Virus record (IMG/VR): IMGVR_UViG_3300027747_002579
Span: 32,001 to 96,000 of that record
Reading direction: 5' to 3' (one strand)
Source of the DNA: a virus
DNA length: 64,000 nucleotides
A program made the position numbers and the translations under genes. Positions 1 to 11,600 of this stretch are shown piece after piece; position 1 is the stretch's first letter, and each line of letters begins with the position of its first letter. The notes beneath the pieces are model-generated. The model did no database searches, was not told the origin of the DNA, and saw only the letters and a program-made list of their open reading frames with translations.

Positions 1-13
1 TGCTCCCAATCAA

Positions 14-2830
14 ATGGGCAATCCTTATGGTACAGGATATAACACTCTTGCAAGAGATGGTGCAGAAATACAAAACACATACGATCCCAATGATATTTAC
101 ACTGATGGTGGATATGAACCATTGGCTGATAGTGAAAATATGAAACAGTTTCAGCTTGGAGGATTTATGTCAGCTATTCAAAAGTTTGGAAAAAAGGCTG
201 GATCAAGCATCGTGGGAGGACTTAAAGAAATGGGTGCTGATAAAGCAGGCAATGTTGGACAATTTGCAGGAAGTTGGTTAGGAGGAGGAAAAGGACAAAC
301 CTCTGGAGCAGGTCAATTAGGAAGCACTGCAGGAGGTGTTATAGGTTCTGCATTTGGACCTCTTGGTAAAATTGCAGGTTCTGCTATTGGTGGAGCTATT
401 GGAGGAGTGATTGGGGGTGCACAAGCTAAACGCACAGCAGGTAATATTACAGGAATGCAAAACAACATGTTCAAAGGAGCAATGGCTCAAAACATAGGAA
501 ACCAAATGCGTAATCAATATTCAGCATTTGCAGAAGATGGAATGTCTCTTCCTATGTATGAAGAAGGTGGATGGATGAATCCTGAATACAACCCTCAAGT
601 GATAACAAAGTTTGGCGACTACGATGTAAATGATTTGCTTTCTCCAGATCCAATGATGGACACATTAAGAGCAGGTGGTAACATATCCTCTTCTCCATAC
701 ATACAACCAAGTGAAAGAGCTATGCAAACTTATGCTATGGGAGGAGAACTTCAAACACATTGGGGAGGACATGCTGAACCTATTTCTTACAATCCTTATC
801 TACCAGATGGTGGAGAAACAGTTATGTTCAGAGGACAATCTCATGATGAAACAAACTCTGAAGGAAAAAGTGGAATTGGTGTTACATATGGTGACAATCC
901 TGTAGAAGTGGAAAGAGGTGAACCTGCTGTCAAACTTAGAGATGGCGGTGATGAAGAAAATCTTGTTGTATTTGGAAACATGAAAATTCCTAAATATGGT
1001 GTACAAGAGTTGCAAGATAGAAATGCTGAAGGAAAGAAATTCAAACACTACGCAAATCACTTAAGTAAAATAGAAAACAAACAAAATAAAACTATAGAGA
1101 AGTCTTTGAAGATGCTTGATAATCTAGATGAGAACAATCCATTTGATCAATTAAAACTTGCTTCTGCACAAGCTAACATCAATGGAAGCAACATGGTGTT
1201 AAAAGATATTGCTCAAAAGAAACAACTAGCAGCAGGTATTCAAAATGCAATTCTTGATACAGCTAAAGAGCATGGTTTAGAAAGCGATGCTCTCTCCAGA
1301 GGAATAATCAAACAAGACAGAGAATCAGAATATGCAAGAAACGGTGTGTCAATTGCAGAAGACGGAATCTCCCTCTCTAAGAAGTTTGATAATGTAAAAG
1401 AGAAAGCATTAAAGAAAGCACAAGCTCTCTATCCAGGAAAGAAAGTGGAAGTGAGAGAAACTTCTGGAGACAGAGATATTAATACACAAGCAGGATTTGT
1501 AAAAACAGGAGCATCAACAAGTGATGTGTCTGTTCACAATTTTGGTGGAGCAAAAGATTTTGCAATATTTGTAGATGGTGAACTAATTAAAGATCCAAAC
1601 ATTTACAAAAAAACAACACATGCTGCTGCAAAAGAAGAAGGTCTCCATGGACTAGATTGGAAAAAAGATCCCTATCACATATCAGTTGTAAAAGAAGGAG
1701 GAAAAAACACTTTTGCCACTCTCTTAAAACAATATCCAGATTTATTACAAACGGCTGAAGGAAAAAGGTCTCTTGCATATTTAGAAAGCAAAGCTAAGAG
1801 TGATACACTTTCTCCAAAAGAAAGGACTGTCTATGGACAATTGACAGGAAAGGATGTGTCAAAACTAAAAGCCACTCCTATAGACTACACTAAAGCAACA
1901 CCTCTCTATCCTGATAGTCCTTATGAGTTTGACATATCAAAACCAAAGCGTCCAATAGTTCCTATAAACGATAGTCCTCCTGATAAACCTATTCGTGAAA
2001 TGCCTCCTATTAAAATTCCACCCCCTCCAACATTAACAACACCATTACCGCCTCCAGGAACTACACCTCCAAAAGGTCCAGAATGGTGGGAATCATTAAT
2101 TCCTTACATAAGACCTACAAACCAAGAACGTCTAGATCCAACACAGCTCTATCCAGAAATGGCATCAATGGCTATGAACACTCTAGAACCAGTACAAGCA
2201 CAACTCTACTATCCCCAACTAGAAACCCCATATAGTGTGTCTCTCCAAGATCAACTAAACGCTAACCAAGCTGACTTCAATTCTATGCAAAGACAAGCTG
2301 GATATAATCCTGCAGCAGCAGCATCATTAGCAGCTCAAAAATACGCAGCTAATTCACAAGTGTTAGGACAACAAGAACGATTGAACACAGCTGCCAAAAT
2401 GGAAGCTTATAATAGAAACAGAGCAACACTCAACGATGCTCAAATAAAAAATCTTGGAATCCTTGATACACAATATCAAAGACAAGCACAAGCTAAGAGC
2501 AATACAAAAGAACAAGCTCTTACAGCACTAGACAGCATAGCTAGCAAAATAGCTCAAAACAAACTAGAGAACAGAAAGCTTGGTGTTCTTGAGAATATGT
2601 ATAATTATAGATATGACAAGAATGGTAGAGCAATAAATTACAATGCTCCTGAAAACTTCCAAACAGAAAACCTTGTAGCAAGTTCTGGTAAGTCTTATAT
2701 TCCTGTATTAGACAATGACGGAAAAATTGTTGAATATAGAATGGGAGAAGAAACCCCTGCTGCAAAGAAAACCACAAAAGGTAAAACAGCAAGAAACGGA
2801 TCTATTGTAAAAGCATTCAAACACTTCTAA
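14..2830 (+). CDS. crAss-like virion cargo/ejection protein with embedded M15-type peptidoglycan peptidase domain (probably 5'-truncated by window edge)
   Basis: 938 aa; frame open from position 2; Gly-rich hydrophobic segment, VEVERGE motif, M15-like SVH...D/DPYH motif, Pro-rich linker, Gln/Ala-rich C-terminus; two genes upstream of the vRNAP. Confidence 0.7.
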   Translation: MGNPYGTGYNTLARDGAEIQNTYDPNDIYTDGGYEPLADSENMKQFQLGGFMSAIQKFGKKAGSSIVGGLKEMGADKAGNVGQFAGSWLGGGKGQTSGAGQLGSTAGGVIGSAFGPLGKIAGSAIGGAIGGVIGGAQAKRTAGNITGMQNNMFKGAMAQNIGNQMRNQYSAFAEDGMSLPMYEEGGWMNPEYNPQVITKFGDYDVNDLLSPDPMMDTLRAGGNISSSPYIQPSERAMQTYAMGGELQTHWGGHAEPISYNPYLPDGGETVMFRGQSHDETNSEGKSGIGVTYGDNPVEVERGEPAVKLRDGGDEENLVVFGNMKIPKYGVQELQDRNAEGKKFKHYANHLSKIENKQNKTIEKSLKMLDNLDENNPFDQLKLASAQANINGSNMVLKDIAQKKQLAAGIQNAILDTAKEHGLESDALSRGIIKQDRESEYARNGVSIAEDGISLSKKFDNVKEKALKKAQALYPGKKVEVRETSGDRDINTQAGFVKTGASTSDVSVHNFGGAKDFAIFVDGELIKDPNIYKKTTHAAAKEEGLHGLDWKKDPYHISVVKEGGKNTFATLLKQYPDLLQTAEGKRSLAYLESKAKSDTLSPKERTVYGQLTGKDVSKLKATPIDYTKATPLYPDSPYEFDISKPKRPIVPINDSPPDKPIREMPPIKIPPPPTLTTPLPPPGTTPPKGPEWWESLIPYIRPTNQERLDPTQLYPEMASMAMNTLEPVQAQLYYPQLETPYSVSLQDQLNANQADFNSMQRQAGYNPAAAASLAAQKYAANSQVLGQQERLNTAAKMEAYNRNRATLNDAQIKNLGILDTQYQRQAQAKSNTKEQALTALDSIASKIAQNKLENRKLGVLENMYNYRYDKNGRAINYNAPENFQTENLVASSGKSYIPVLDNDGKIVEYRMGEETPAAKKTTKGKTARNGSIVKAFKHF

Positions 2831-2871
2831 TCATTCTAATTATACGAAATTAATAAAAACTATTACACCTA

Positions 2872-2902
2872 TTGGTGGACATAACATTTTAAATTACATT
2901 TG
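2872..2902 (+). promoter_or_regulatory. Bacteroidota-type housekeeping promoter (-33 TTG / -7 TACATTTG)
   Basis: TTG 2872-74, 20-nt spacer, TAnnTTTG 2895-2902, ATG at 2906. Confidence 0.65.
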
Positions 2903-2905
2903 CTA

Positions 2906-5617
2906 ATGGCTTCTTTTACTGACGCAATACACAAATTCAACCCTTATATACAACAACTTCCTGTAGACGAAATGGTGAAGGTGGGAATGTATAAGCAAGA
3001 ACAATACGACAAAGGGGTTGAGAAAATACAATCATACGTAGACAGCATTGCAGGAATGGATGTTGTAAGAGATGTTGATAAACAATACCTCCAATCCAAA
3101 CTTAATGAATTAGGAAGCAACCTGAAGAAGGTGGCAGGAGGAGACTTCTCCAATCATCAATTAGTTAATTCTGTTGGTGGTATGGCTAAACAAATCATCA
3201 GGGATGAAGGTGTTCAAACAGCCGTTAACTCTACAGCTCTCTATAGAAAGAATCTTAAAGATATAGAAGAAGATAGGAAAGCAGGAAAAGAAAATGTAAA
3301 TAATACAAACAAGTTTCATAAAGATGCTTCACCTTGGCTTAATGGTAAAGCTCCAGGAGAAGCACTGTCTGCAAGTTATTTCAAACCTATAGATGTATGG
3401 GGAAAAATAAAAGACATTGCAAAAGAAGTGGGAGTGGATGAAAGTGATATACAACAAATATATCAAACTGATGCTAATGGTAATCGTATTCCAGAATACA
3501 ATTCTAAAAAAGAATTAGTGGGATATAAGTGGAATCCCATCATGGTGGAAAAAATAACAAAAGGTAAAGATCCTGCAAAAATATTAGATGCATTTAAGAA
3601 TGCCCTCACTTCTTCAGACTACAAACAACTTGCCATTGATGGAGAAATGAACAAGGCTCACTACACTCCACAAATGTTAAAAGATGAAATAATCGAAAAC
3701 ACTAGTGGACAGCTCAAACAAGTGGACAACAATTTATTAATGCTAGAAACAGAATTAATAAATGAGAATTCAAAAAACACAAAAGATGAAGCTACAATAG
3801 CTTCTTTGACAAAACAAAAAGAATATTACGAAAGTTTAAAATCAAACCTTGAAACTTCTGTAAGCAATAGTTTAGCTGCTGTAGATAGAAACCCAGATGC
3901 TGTGCGAGCATCCCTCTGGACAAACTCCTATTTAACTTCTATGTCTAAAGAACTTTCAGGAAGAAGTATTTCTGAAAAGTATTCTGTAAACCCATTATTT
4001 ACAGTGACAATGGAACAAAACAAGTTTAACAGACAATTACAAAGAGATGCTATAGAAGATCAAAAATGGCAGAAGGATTATAATTTAAAAGTGAGGGATC
4101 AATTAAGCAGTGAAGAAAAATACAAATTAGAACTTTTCTATAAATATGGTGTAAAAGTTCCAGGACTTGTAATTCCTGAAACAGACAATAAAAATCTTTT
4201 AAAAGAACCTATTCCTACAAAAGATGATCCAACGTATGCAAAAACTCAAGTGATTGATGAGTTTAACAACAAAGTGACCGCACTTAATGAAACAAATAAA
4301 AAATTAACAATTGAGTATTTTAAAAAAATTTATAGAGGTGCTTCAGAAGAAGAAATCAATAAACACATTTCTGATGCTGCAAAAAATAATAAAGAATCTG
4401 TAGACAATGAGTCTGGAGATGTAAATACATTTACAGCAAGGTTTGCTGCAAAACAGCTTGCTGATTGGAATGTTAATCCTTCAATTATTCCAAAAGAATT
4501 TAAAGGGTTAATTGCACAACAAAAAAATTTAATGAAAGAAGTAAACTACGATGCAAAAAACATACAAGACCACAAAGCTCAAGCATTAGTTGAAGCAAAG
4601 AGAAAAGGACTCTCTGTTTCTTCTACAGATGATATATTAAAAAGTATTTCCAATATACAAACCACAGATGCCAATGGTGCCCCAATGACAATTCCTAAAC
4701 ACGATATTCTTGATTATGTAATAATGGAAGAAGCTAAAGGTTTAGAACGTGATCAGATTTATAATCGTCTATCTCTTAAGTATGGAAAAAACTTTGACAA
4801 ATTTAAAACAACACTGGTAGAAAGTTTAGGAGACAGTGGAGCAGTTGTTACAGATAAAGAATACTCAAAAGCAAAAGATTTATTAAAAAACTCAAAGTAT
4901 AAAGAACTTTCTAAAATAGAAGGTGAAATGTATATAAAATCAGGAACAGTGCAACAGCCTGTGTCACAAGTTATCACTAGAACTAGCGACAATAAACAAC
5001 TCATAAATAGTAAAATATCAAGTATACTTGAACAATATAAAAATGATATAAATGAAACTCCAGGATTTGTTGAGAAAAATCTTCAAACAGTGCTATTATC
5101 AGATGATAAAGGTGCTATAAAAGTTACAACAATTCCTGGAGTGGGAACATCCCCATCTAAACATATATTAACTATTACAGATTCTAAAACTGGAGGGCAT
5201 GCATCTGTAACAATTGATGATGATCAATATGCATACATCACTGGAACAAGAGCTCCTACAGGATTACAACTTCCTAAAACTTTGCAGCAGCTCAATTTTA
5301 ACAAAACAACAAATATGAGCATGACGCACGATGATCCAGCATCAGCATTTTGGGGAGCAGATGAAATGCCAAACTTAGATAAAAATCTTGATTATACAAT
5401 AACTGCTGATTTGATTGACGATGCTGGTGACCCTAACTTAGCTTGGATGAAGGTTTATAAATTTTTTAAGAAAGATAAAGGAAAACTTTCTGCTACATAC
5501 ACTCTTCCCACCCCATATAACAAATATAATCAAGACGGAACACCAAACATGATGTTAGATAGACTTAATCAGTCAATAACGGACGCAGCTATACAATCTC
5601 TTAAAAATATTAAATAA
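2906..5617 (+). CDS. crAss-like ejection/cargo protein
   Basis: ~903 aa starting MASFTD...FNPYIQQLP; lies between cargo gene and vRNAP; stop overlaps next ATG (TAATG). Confidence 0.65.
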   Translation: MASFTDAIHKFNPYIQQLPVDEMVKVGMYKQEQYDKGVEKIQSYVDSIAGMDVVRDVDKQYLQSKLNELGSNLKKVAGGDFSNHQLVNSVGGMAKQIIRDEGVQTAVNSTALYRKNLKDIEEDRKAGKENVNNTNKFHKDASPWLNGKAPGEALSASYFKPIDVWGKIKDIAKEVGVDESDIQQIYQTDANGNRIPEYNSKKELVGYKWNPIMVEKITKGKDPAKILDAFKNALTSSDYKQLAIDGEMNKAHYTPQMLKDEIIENTSGQLKQVDNNLLMLETELINENSKNTKDEATIASLTKQKEYYESLKSNLETSVSNSLAAVDRNPDAVRASLWTNSYLTSMSKELSGRSISEKYSVNPLFTVTMEQNKFNRQLQRDAIEDQKWQKDYNLKVRDQLSSEEKYKLELFYKYGVKVPGLVIPETDNKNLLKEPIPTKDDPTYAKTQVIDEFNNKVTALNETNKKLTIEYFKKIYRGASEEEINKHISDAAKNNKESVDNESGDVNTFTARFAAKQLADWNVNPSIIPKEFKGLIAQQKNLMKEVNYDAKNIQDHKAQALVEAKRKGLSVSSTDDILKSISNIQTTDANGAPMTIPKHDILDYVIMEEAKGLERDQIYNRLSLKYGKNFDKFKTTLVESLGDSGAVVTDKEYSKAKDLLKNSKYKELSKIEGEMYIKSGTVQQPVSQVITRTSDNKQLINSKISSILEQYKNDINETPGFVEKNLQTVLLSDDKGAIKVTTIPGVGTSPSKHILTITDSKTGGHASVTIDDDQYAYITGTRAPTGLQLPKTLQQLNFNKTTNMSMTHDDPASAFWGADEMPNLDKNLDYTITADLIDDAGDPNLAWMKVYKFFKKDKGKLSATYTLPTPYNKYNQDGTPNMMLDRLNQSITDAAIQSLKNIK

Positions 5618-8600
5618 TGCCAGAACAAATCAATGTTGAAAACCAACAAGGTTCTAATCAAGAAATAATAAATCAGAATTTTCCAAAAGAACCTGTTCCT
5701 AAAAAAACAAGTAATGATGTTGAGATAGAAAAGTTGAATGAGATGTTGTTGAAAAACATTCTCAAACAAGGACCTATTCAAAAAAGTGACTTTCCTGTTG
5801 TGTCTACAAAAGACATTCCAACATCTGGAAGATTTCCTTTATATTTTCCTGGAAGGGACAATGAAGAAATGTATGCTCAGGGACAATCAGTTGCTGAGAA
5901 AGCTCGTAATGGTGTAATACAAATGGCAGGTATTGCAGGTACAACATTCATTAATGGTACAGTGGGACTTGTTAATGGAGTTACTGAAATATTTAAACAA
6001 AAAGGAAAGCTTTCTGCATTTTACGATAATGACATGACAAGATCATTTGATGAATTTAACAATTCATGGAATGACAAGTATGCATTATATAAAACTGAAA
6101 GAGAAAGAAGTGGTTCTTGGTGGGAACCAGAAAACTTATTTACAGCAAATTTCCTATTTGACAATATTGTAAAGAACATGGGCTTTATGGCTGGTGCAGC
6201 TGCATCAGGCTTTACGTTTGGAGCTGCATTTAAAGCAATGGGTCTTACAGCAAAACTAATGTCAGCAGGTACTAAAATGGCTGCTGCAGCAGATGCTACA
6301 ATTGCAGCAGAAGTTGCATCTCCTAACATAGCAAAATTGTCTAGTGTTACATCTAAATTAGAAAATTTATGGAATGGTGCTAAACAACAAGTGGGAAAAG
6401 GATTAATGAAAGCTGATCAAGGAATTGTAGCATTTCTTGGTACAACAGGAGAAGCTGGAATGGAAGCTCTTGGTAACTCTCAAGAGTTTAGAAAAAATAT
6501 GATAGATGAGTTTGTCAAAACTCACGGATATTCTCCCACAGAAAATGATTTAAAAGAGATAAATAAGAGTGCTGAGAGTGTAGGTAATTGGTCATTAGGA
6601 CTTAACGTAGCCCTTCTTACAGCAACTAACTATATTCAGTTTCCTAAGATGTTAGGGTCTTCCTATAAGGCTGAAAAGGGCATTATTAATGAATTAGGAA
6701 ATAAGCTTTTTGCTGACATGAGGTTTGATAAAACTTTAGGAAAATATGTATCAAATCTTCCTGAAAAAGGATTTGGAAAACTTCTATATAAAACAGGAAA
6801 GATAGGCTCTTTATTTTTCAATAGAGCAGAAGCATTTGAAGAAGGTGCTCAGTTTGCTATTCAAACAGGTACACAAAACTATTTTGATAAAAAATACAGA
6901 GATCACGAAGCTTCTTTCTTAGATGATGGATTGTTAGCAGGTGCTAAAGAAGCCCTTACAACAGACGAGGGGTTGCTAAACATTTTTACAGGAGGATTCT
7001 CAGGAGCTCTTTCTTCTTCAGGAGCAATAGGATTAAAAAAAGATGAACAAGGTAGACTAAAACCTTCTTTGTTTGGCACTGGTAAAATAGGAGAAAGAGG
7101 ATTTACAGGATATGGTGGAGAAGAGGGAAAACTCAGAGAAGAAAAAATAGCAGCATTAAATAAATCTTTACTAAAAGATAATTTAACTAAAGCATATAGT
7201 AGTGTAAAAGCTGCTGAAATTATTCAAAAACAAAGAGAAGAAGCTATTAGACGAGGAGACATTCTTGAGAGTAAAGATCTTGAGTTTGATTATGCTCATA
7301 CATTCATTGAACCTCGTTTAAAATATGGTGCAAGTGGAACCATTTTTTCTGAAATAAAAGAATTAAAACAACAAGCACAAGAAGACTTTGCAGCATTAAA
7401 AGAAAAAGGAACAGCAGCAGAAACAGATACACAAGAATCATTTATTGCTCGTCTTGACAATTTGAAAGCTCATGCTGAACATGCTATAAAAGTTTATGAT
7501 TCAGTGAATCTGAAATACAAAGGACTTGTAGACAAAGATGGCAAACGAGTGTATAGTGATGAGGTGCTTGAAAAACTTGTGTACGCAGGATCTAAAATAT
7601 TTGATTATAATAGACGAGTTCCTCAATTAGCAGGAAAGCTATTAAGCAAAGGCATAACCACTGCACAAGCCTCTTTGGATGAATATGTAAAAGACAATCC
7701 TTCTACAGAAGCAGTTGAAAAAACATTAGCTGAAATAGAGGATGCAAAGAATGAAAAAAATCTAACAGAAGATGACAAGAAAGATTTAAGACGAGATTTT
7801 CAAGACCTACAAGAACTATCATTAAGAAGAAAACAATTCTTAAATGAGTACAAAGATATAGTGGAGGCTCCTAAGAAGTACGAAGTGGAGAAAAAGAAAA
7901 AAGAAGAAACAATTGTTGATGATGCAGGGAACACTGTTCCAAAGCCTATTCCTACAATAAAAGTAAAAACCAAGAAAGGTGAAAGAGATATTGAAATAGG
8001 AACAGAGTACATGTTAGGAAAAAGAATTTTTAAAAGCAGTTTTGGAGAATCTGAAGTTTTTAAATACACCACCTACCCTACACTCACTGTTATAAAAGAA
8101 AATGCAGATGGGACAATTAAAATAAAAGATGCTAATGGTCAAGAGAGAGATGTAGATAAAGATGTATTGTTAAATTACAATTTAGCCAAGGTTTCTACAG
8201 TGGAAAGTAATATAAAAGCAAAGTTTTATAAAGATAGAATTAATAAAATATATAAATATTACGGAAAGAAAAAAACTATAACTGACAACAATGGTAACAA
8301 GTTACAAGTTCCTGTAGAAGGAATGTTAGGATGGAGTGATAAAACTCGCACTCTATTATTTACATACATGGATGGTGCGGGTAAGATAAAAACCATAGAA
8401 GTGGATGGTAAAGATTTTGTAGCATCTGAAGGGTTTGCACAAGCAAAGATGGTGGAAATAGGTGAGGTGAAACCTGGCGAAGAATATAAATTCAACACTC
8501 CAGAAGAAAAACAAATCACTCCTACACAAACTGAAGAAGAGAAAAAACAATTAGCTGAAGTTATAGCAGAAGAATCAAGAGAATCATTGTTAGAGAAAAA

Positions 8601-11600
8601 AGTTAACAACAGAATTACTATAATTGAGAAATTAATAACTGATGCTAAATCTGCTCTTAAAGAAGCTAATAATAAAATAGAAGCTAACAAAAAGAAACTT
8701 GAGAAATTAAGAGAGCAATTAGAAAAAGATGAACAAAGATTTGAAGAACTTTCTAATGCTAAAAAGCCTACAAAAGAAGCTAGATTAGAACTACAAAGAA
8801 CTTTAGATGCTATTAAATTAGCTTCTGAACAAATTCCTTTTGTAGAAAAAATGATAGCAAATTTAACAGAAGAAGAAGAAGAATTTGATAGGCAAATAGA
8901 ATATCTAACTTCTATGTTAGAGAATGTAAAAGAAATGCCTACAGATGTTAAAGATGTAATCCAAGAATTTGAAGATAATATAAAAGATTTAAACGAGACA
9001 AGAGAAACAATTCAGCAAAGCATTAAAACAGGAAACGATATACTTTCTTCTCTAAAAGATTTATTAACTACATCATTAAAAAAGTTAAGTGATTTTGTAA
9101 GTAAGCTAAAGAGTGAAAATAAAATACCTGTTGTAATAGATGAATACCTCGAAAACTTAGAAAAATTCTATGGAGAAGAGGGAGCTAAACAATTCATAGC
9201 AGAAAAACTTGGATATACAGAAGCTGTATTAGCATTACAAAATCAAATCACTTTATTAGAAGATGAATTAAAAATACCTTCTTCAAAATCTCGTAGTGAA
9301 AATATACAGAAAAATCTAAAAGAGCTAGAAGAATCATATAAGAAGCTTTCTTCAGAACAACGAGTGAAAGAATCATTCTTGATGGCTTTCAAGAATGTAA
9401 TAAAAGAAGCAGAAAAAAGAAAACAAGAGGAAGAAGTTTTTAAAGATGAAAATGTAATAAAGGGTATTACAGATACGGCTGATGTGTCTATATTGAATAA
9501 AACTGTAGACGTAGAGAATGGAGAACAAGACACATTCGAACCAGGTAATCGCAAAGAAGATTTACAAGTGGTAAGTAGTACAACACCCACGCTAACGGAT
9601 CTTCCTCACCACAAACGTGCAAACCTATTTGGAGTGAGATTTCCAAAGCTAAAAAACAAAGCAAACATTCGTGGAATCATTGTCACTTCAAAGAATGAAG
9701 CTTCTTTAGGACTTGTTCCTAAAAATGAAAAAGGTGAATACGATGCAAATAAAGGTTTAATGGTTCATCTAAAAGGTACATCCTCTGTAGATCCTACACA
9801 AACTATAGCTCTTGTTATGGTAGAACAAAATGAGGATGGCACCTTCCATTTCATAGATGAGAATGGTGAAAAAATTGAAAATCCTTCTCCAGAAAACACA
9901 ATCTATCAAGTGTTTCCTGCCACTCTAGATTGGAGTGAACAATACAAAGGACAGAGCATGTTTAGAAAAGGTATTGATGATAATGTAAAAACTGCTCTTT
10001 CTACTCAATTTGAAGCATGGAGAACAAAAACATTACTGTCACCCTCTGACACACTTCACGAAATACAAGCATCTTGGGGCAATCCTGTGTATGTAACCTA
10101 TAAAGAAATAAACAAAGAAGGAAAAGAAGTAGAACAAAGAGACTACAGAGCAAAAACTTCTTTAGAGGATGCACAGCTTGTTAGTGAGTCAGAAATACCA
10201 TCTGCTGATGTGCAAGTGGTTACAAAAAATGATTTATTTGCTAAAGGAAACTTTTCTATAAGTAAGTCTTTAGGAAGAGTGATATTAGTTTTGTCTAACA
10301 GTATTGTTAAACTTAATAACAGAAGACTAAATAAAAATCAAGCTCTCACTATATACAAAGTGTTAAAAGCTTTGTCAGAAAATGTTCAAAAGAACAAAAA
10401 CCTAAAAGATGAGAAATCTCAAAGCATGCTCAATTGGTTGAAATCAACAATCTATTGGGGCTCTAAAGGTATGTCAGAAAGTGCTTCAGTGAGTCAATTG
10501 TGGTTTAATAGAACAGAAGATGGTCTTTATTTATTCTTTGGAAAAAGCGGTAAGCAGTTTGAATTTAAATCTTCTAGCATAGAAGACAACAAATTAGAAA
10601 TAATAGGATTGTTAGAGGAAATGTACACTAACACTAATTCTACAATGCTAGCTAATAGCGTTGCAAAAACTAAAATATACAAAGAGATAATAGACATTGA
10701 TGAAGATGGTAATCTTGTATTTAGAGAATGGGAAAACTATAAAACATATTTGATTTCTAAAAGATACCAAGAGCTCAAGTTTAATGAAGTGACAAAAGAA
10801 GAAAGATGGGTATTTACAACAGATAGAAATGATATTCCTTTAACAACAAACATGCGTCCAATAAAGACAGATGTTGAAGGGGATGTAAATAAACAAGCAG
10901 TGTATTTCACTGTTACAGATTTACAAAAAGATTACACAATTCCTGAAAAGAAAGCTGTCATTACACCCATTGCTCCTGTAACACCACAAGCTGCACAACC
11001 AGCTCCTACAGCTCCTTCAGCTCCTATTGTCACTCCTACACCAGTGGTGGTGGTTGCTACACAACCAATTGTTTCTAAAGAAAATAGATTAATAGTGGAT
11101 GGTGTGACAGAAAATACAAGTCCTGAAGGATATATTTTTACTTATAACGGTGCTACTGGAGGATTTAAATTTAATATTGATAAAACAGAAGATAAAATAG
11201 GCATTGAAGGAATGAAAAAACTTTATGCAGCTATGGGAACAACTGTTAAAGAATTAGATGAATTAGGTGATGAAGAGTACTTTGCAAAATTTAATATTTA
11301 TATTTTTAATAAAGTATTACCCTTAATAGAAAAAGAAGCACTTTTACAACAACAAGAAAAAGAAGCATTAGCACAAGAAGAAAAAAAGAAACAAGAAGCT
11401 GAAAAAGCAGAACAAGCTCCAGAAGCTCCTGCTGGTTCTACAGATGCTAAAGCTGATATAGAAGCTAAGAAAGCTGATGCACAAACAGTTAAAAACAGGA
11501 TGCAGGAAATAGAAAAACAACCTGTATCTATTAATATAACACAAGATGCTTCAGGTAAAATGGAACAAACTTCTGAAGAAGTTATTTCTCAAATAAAATC

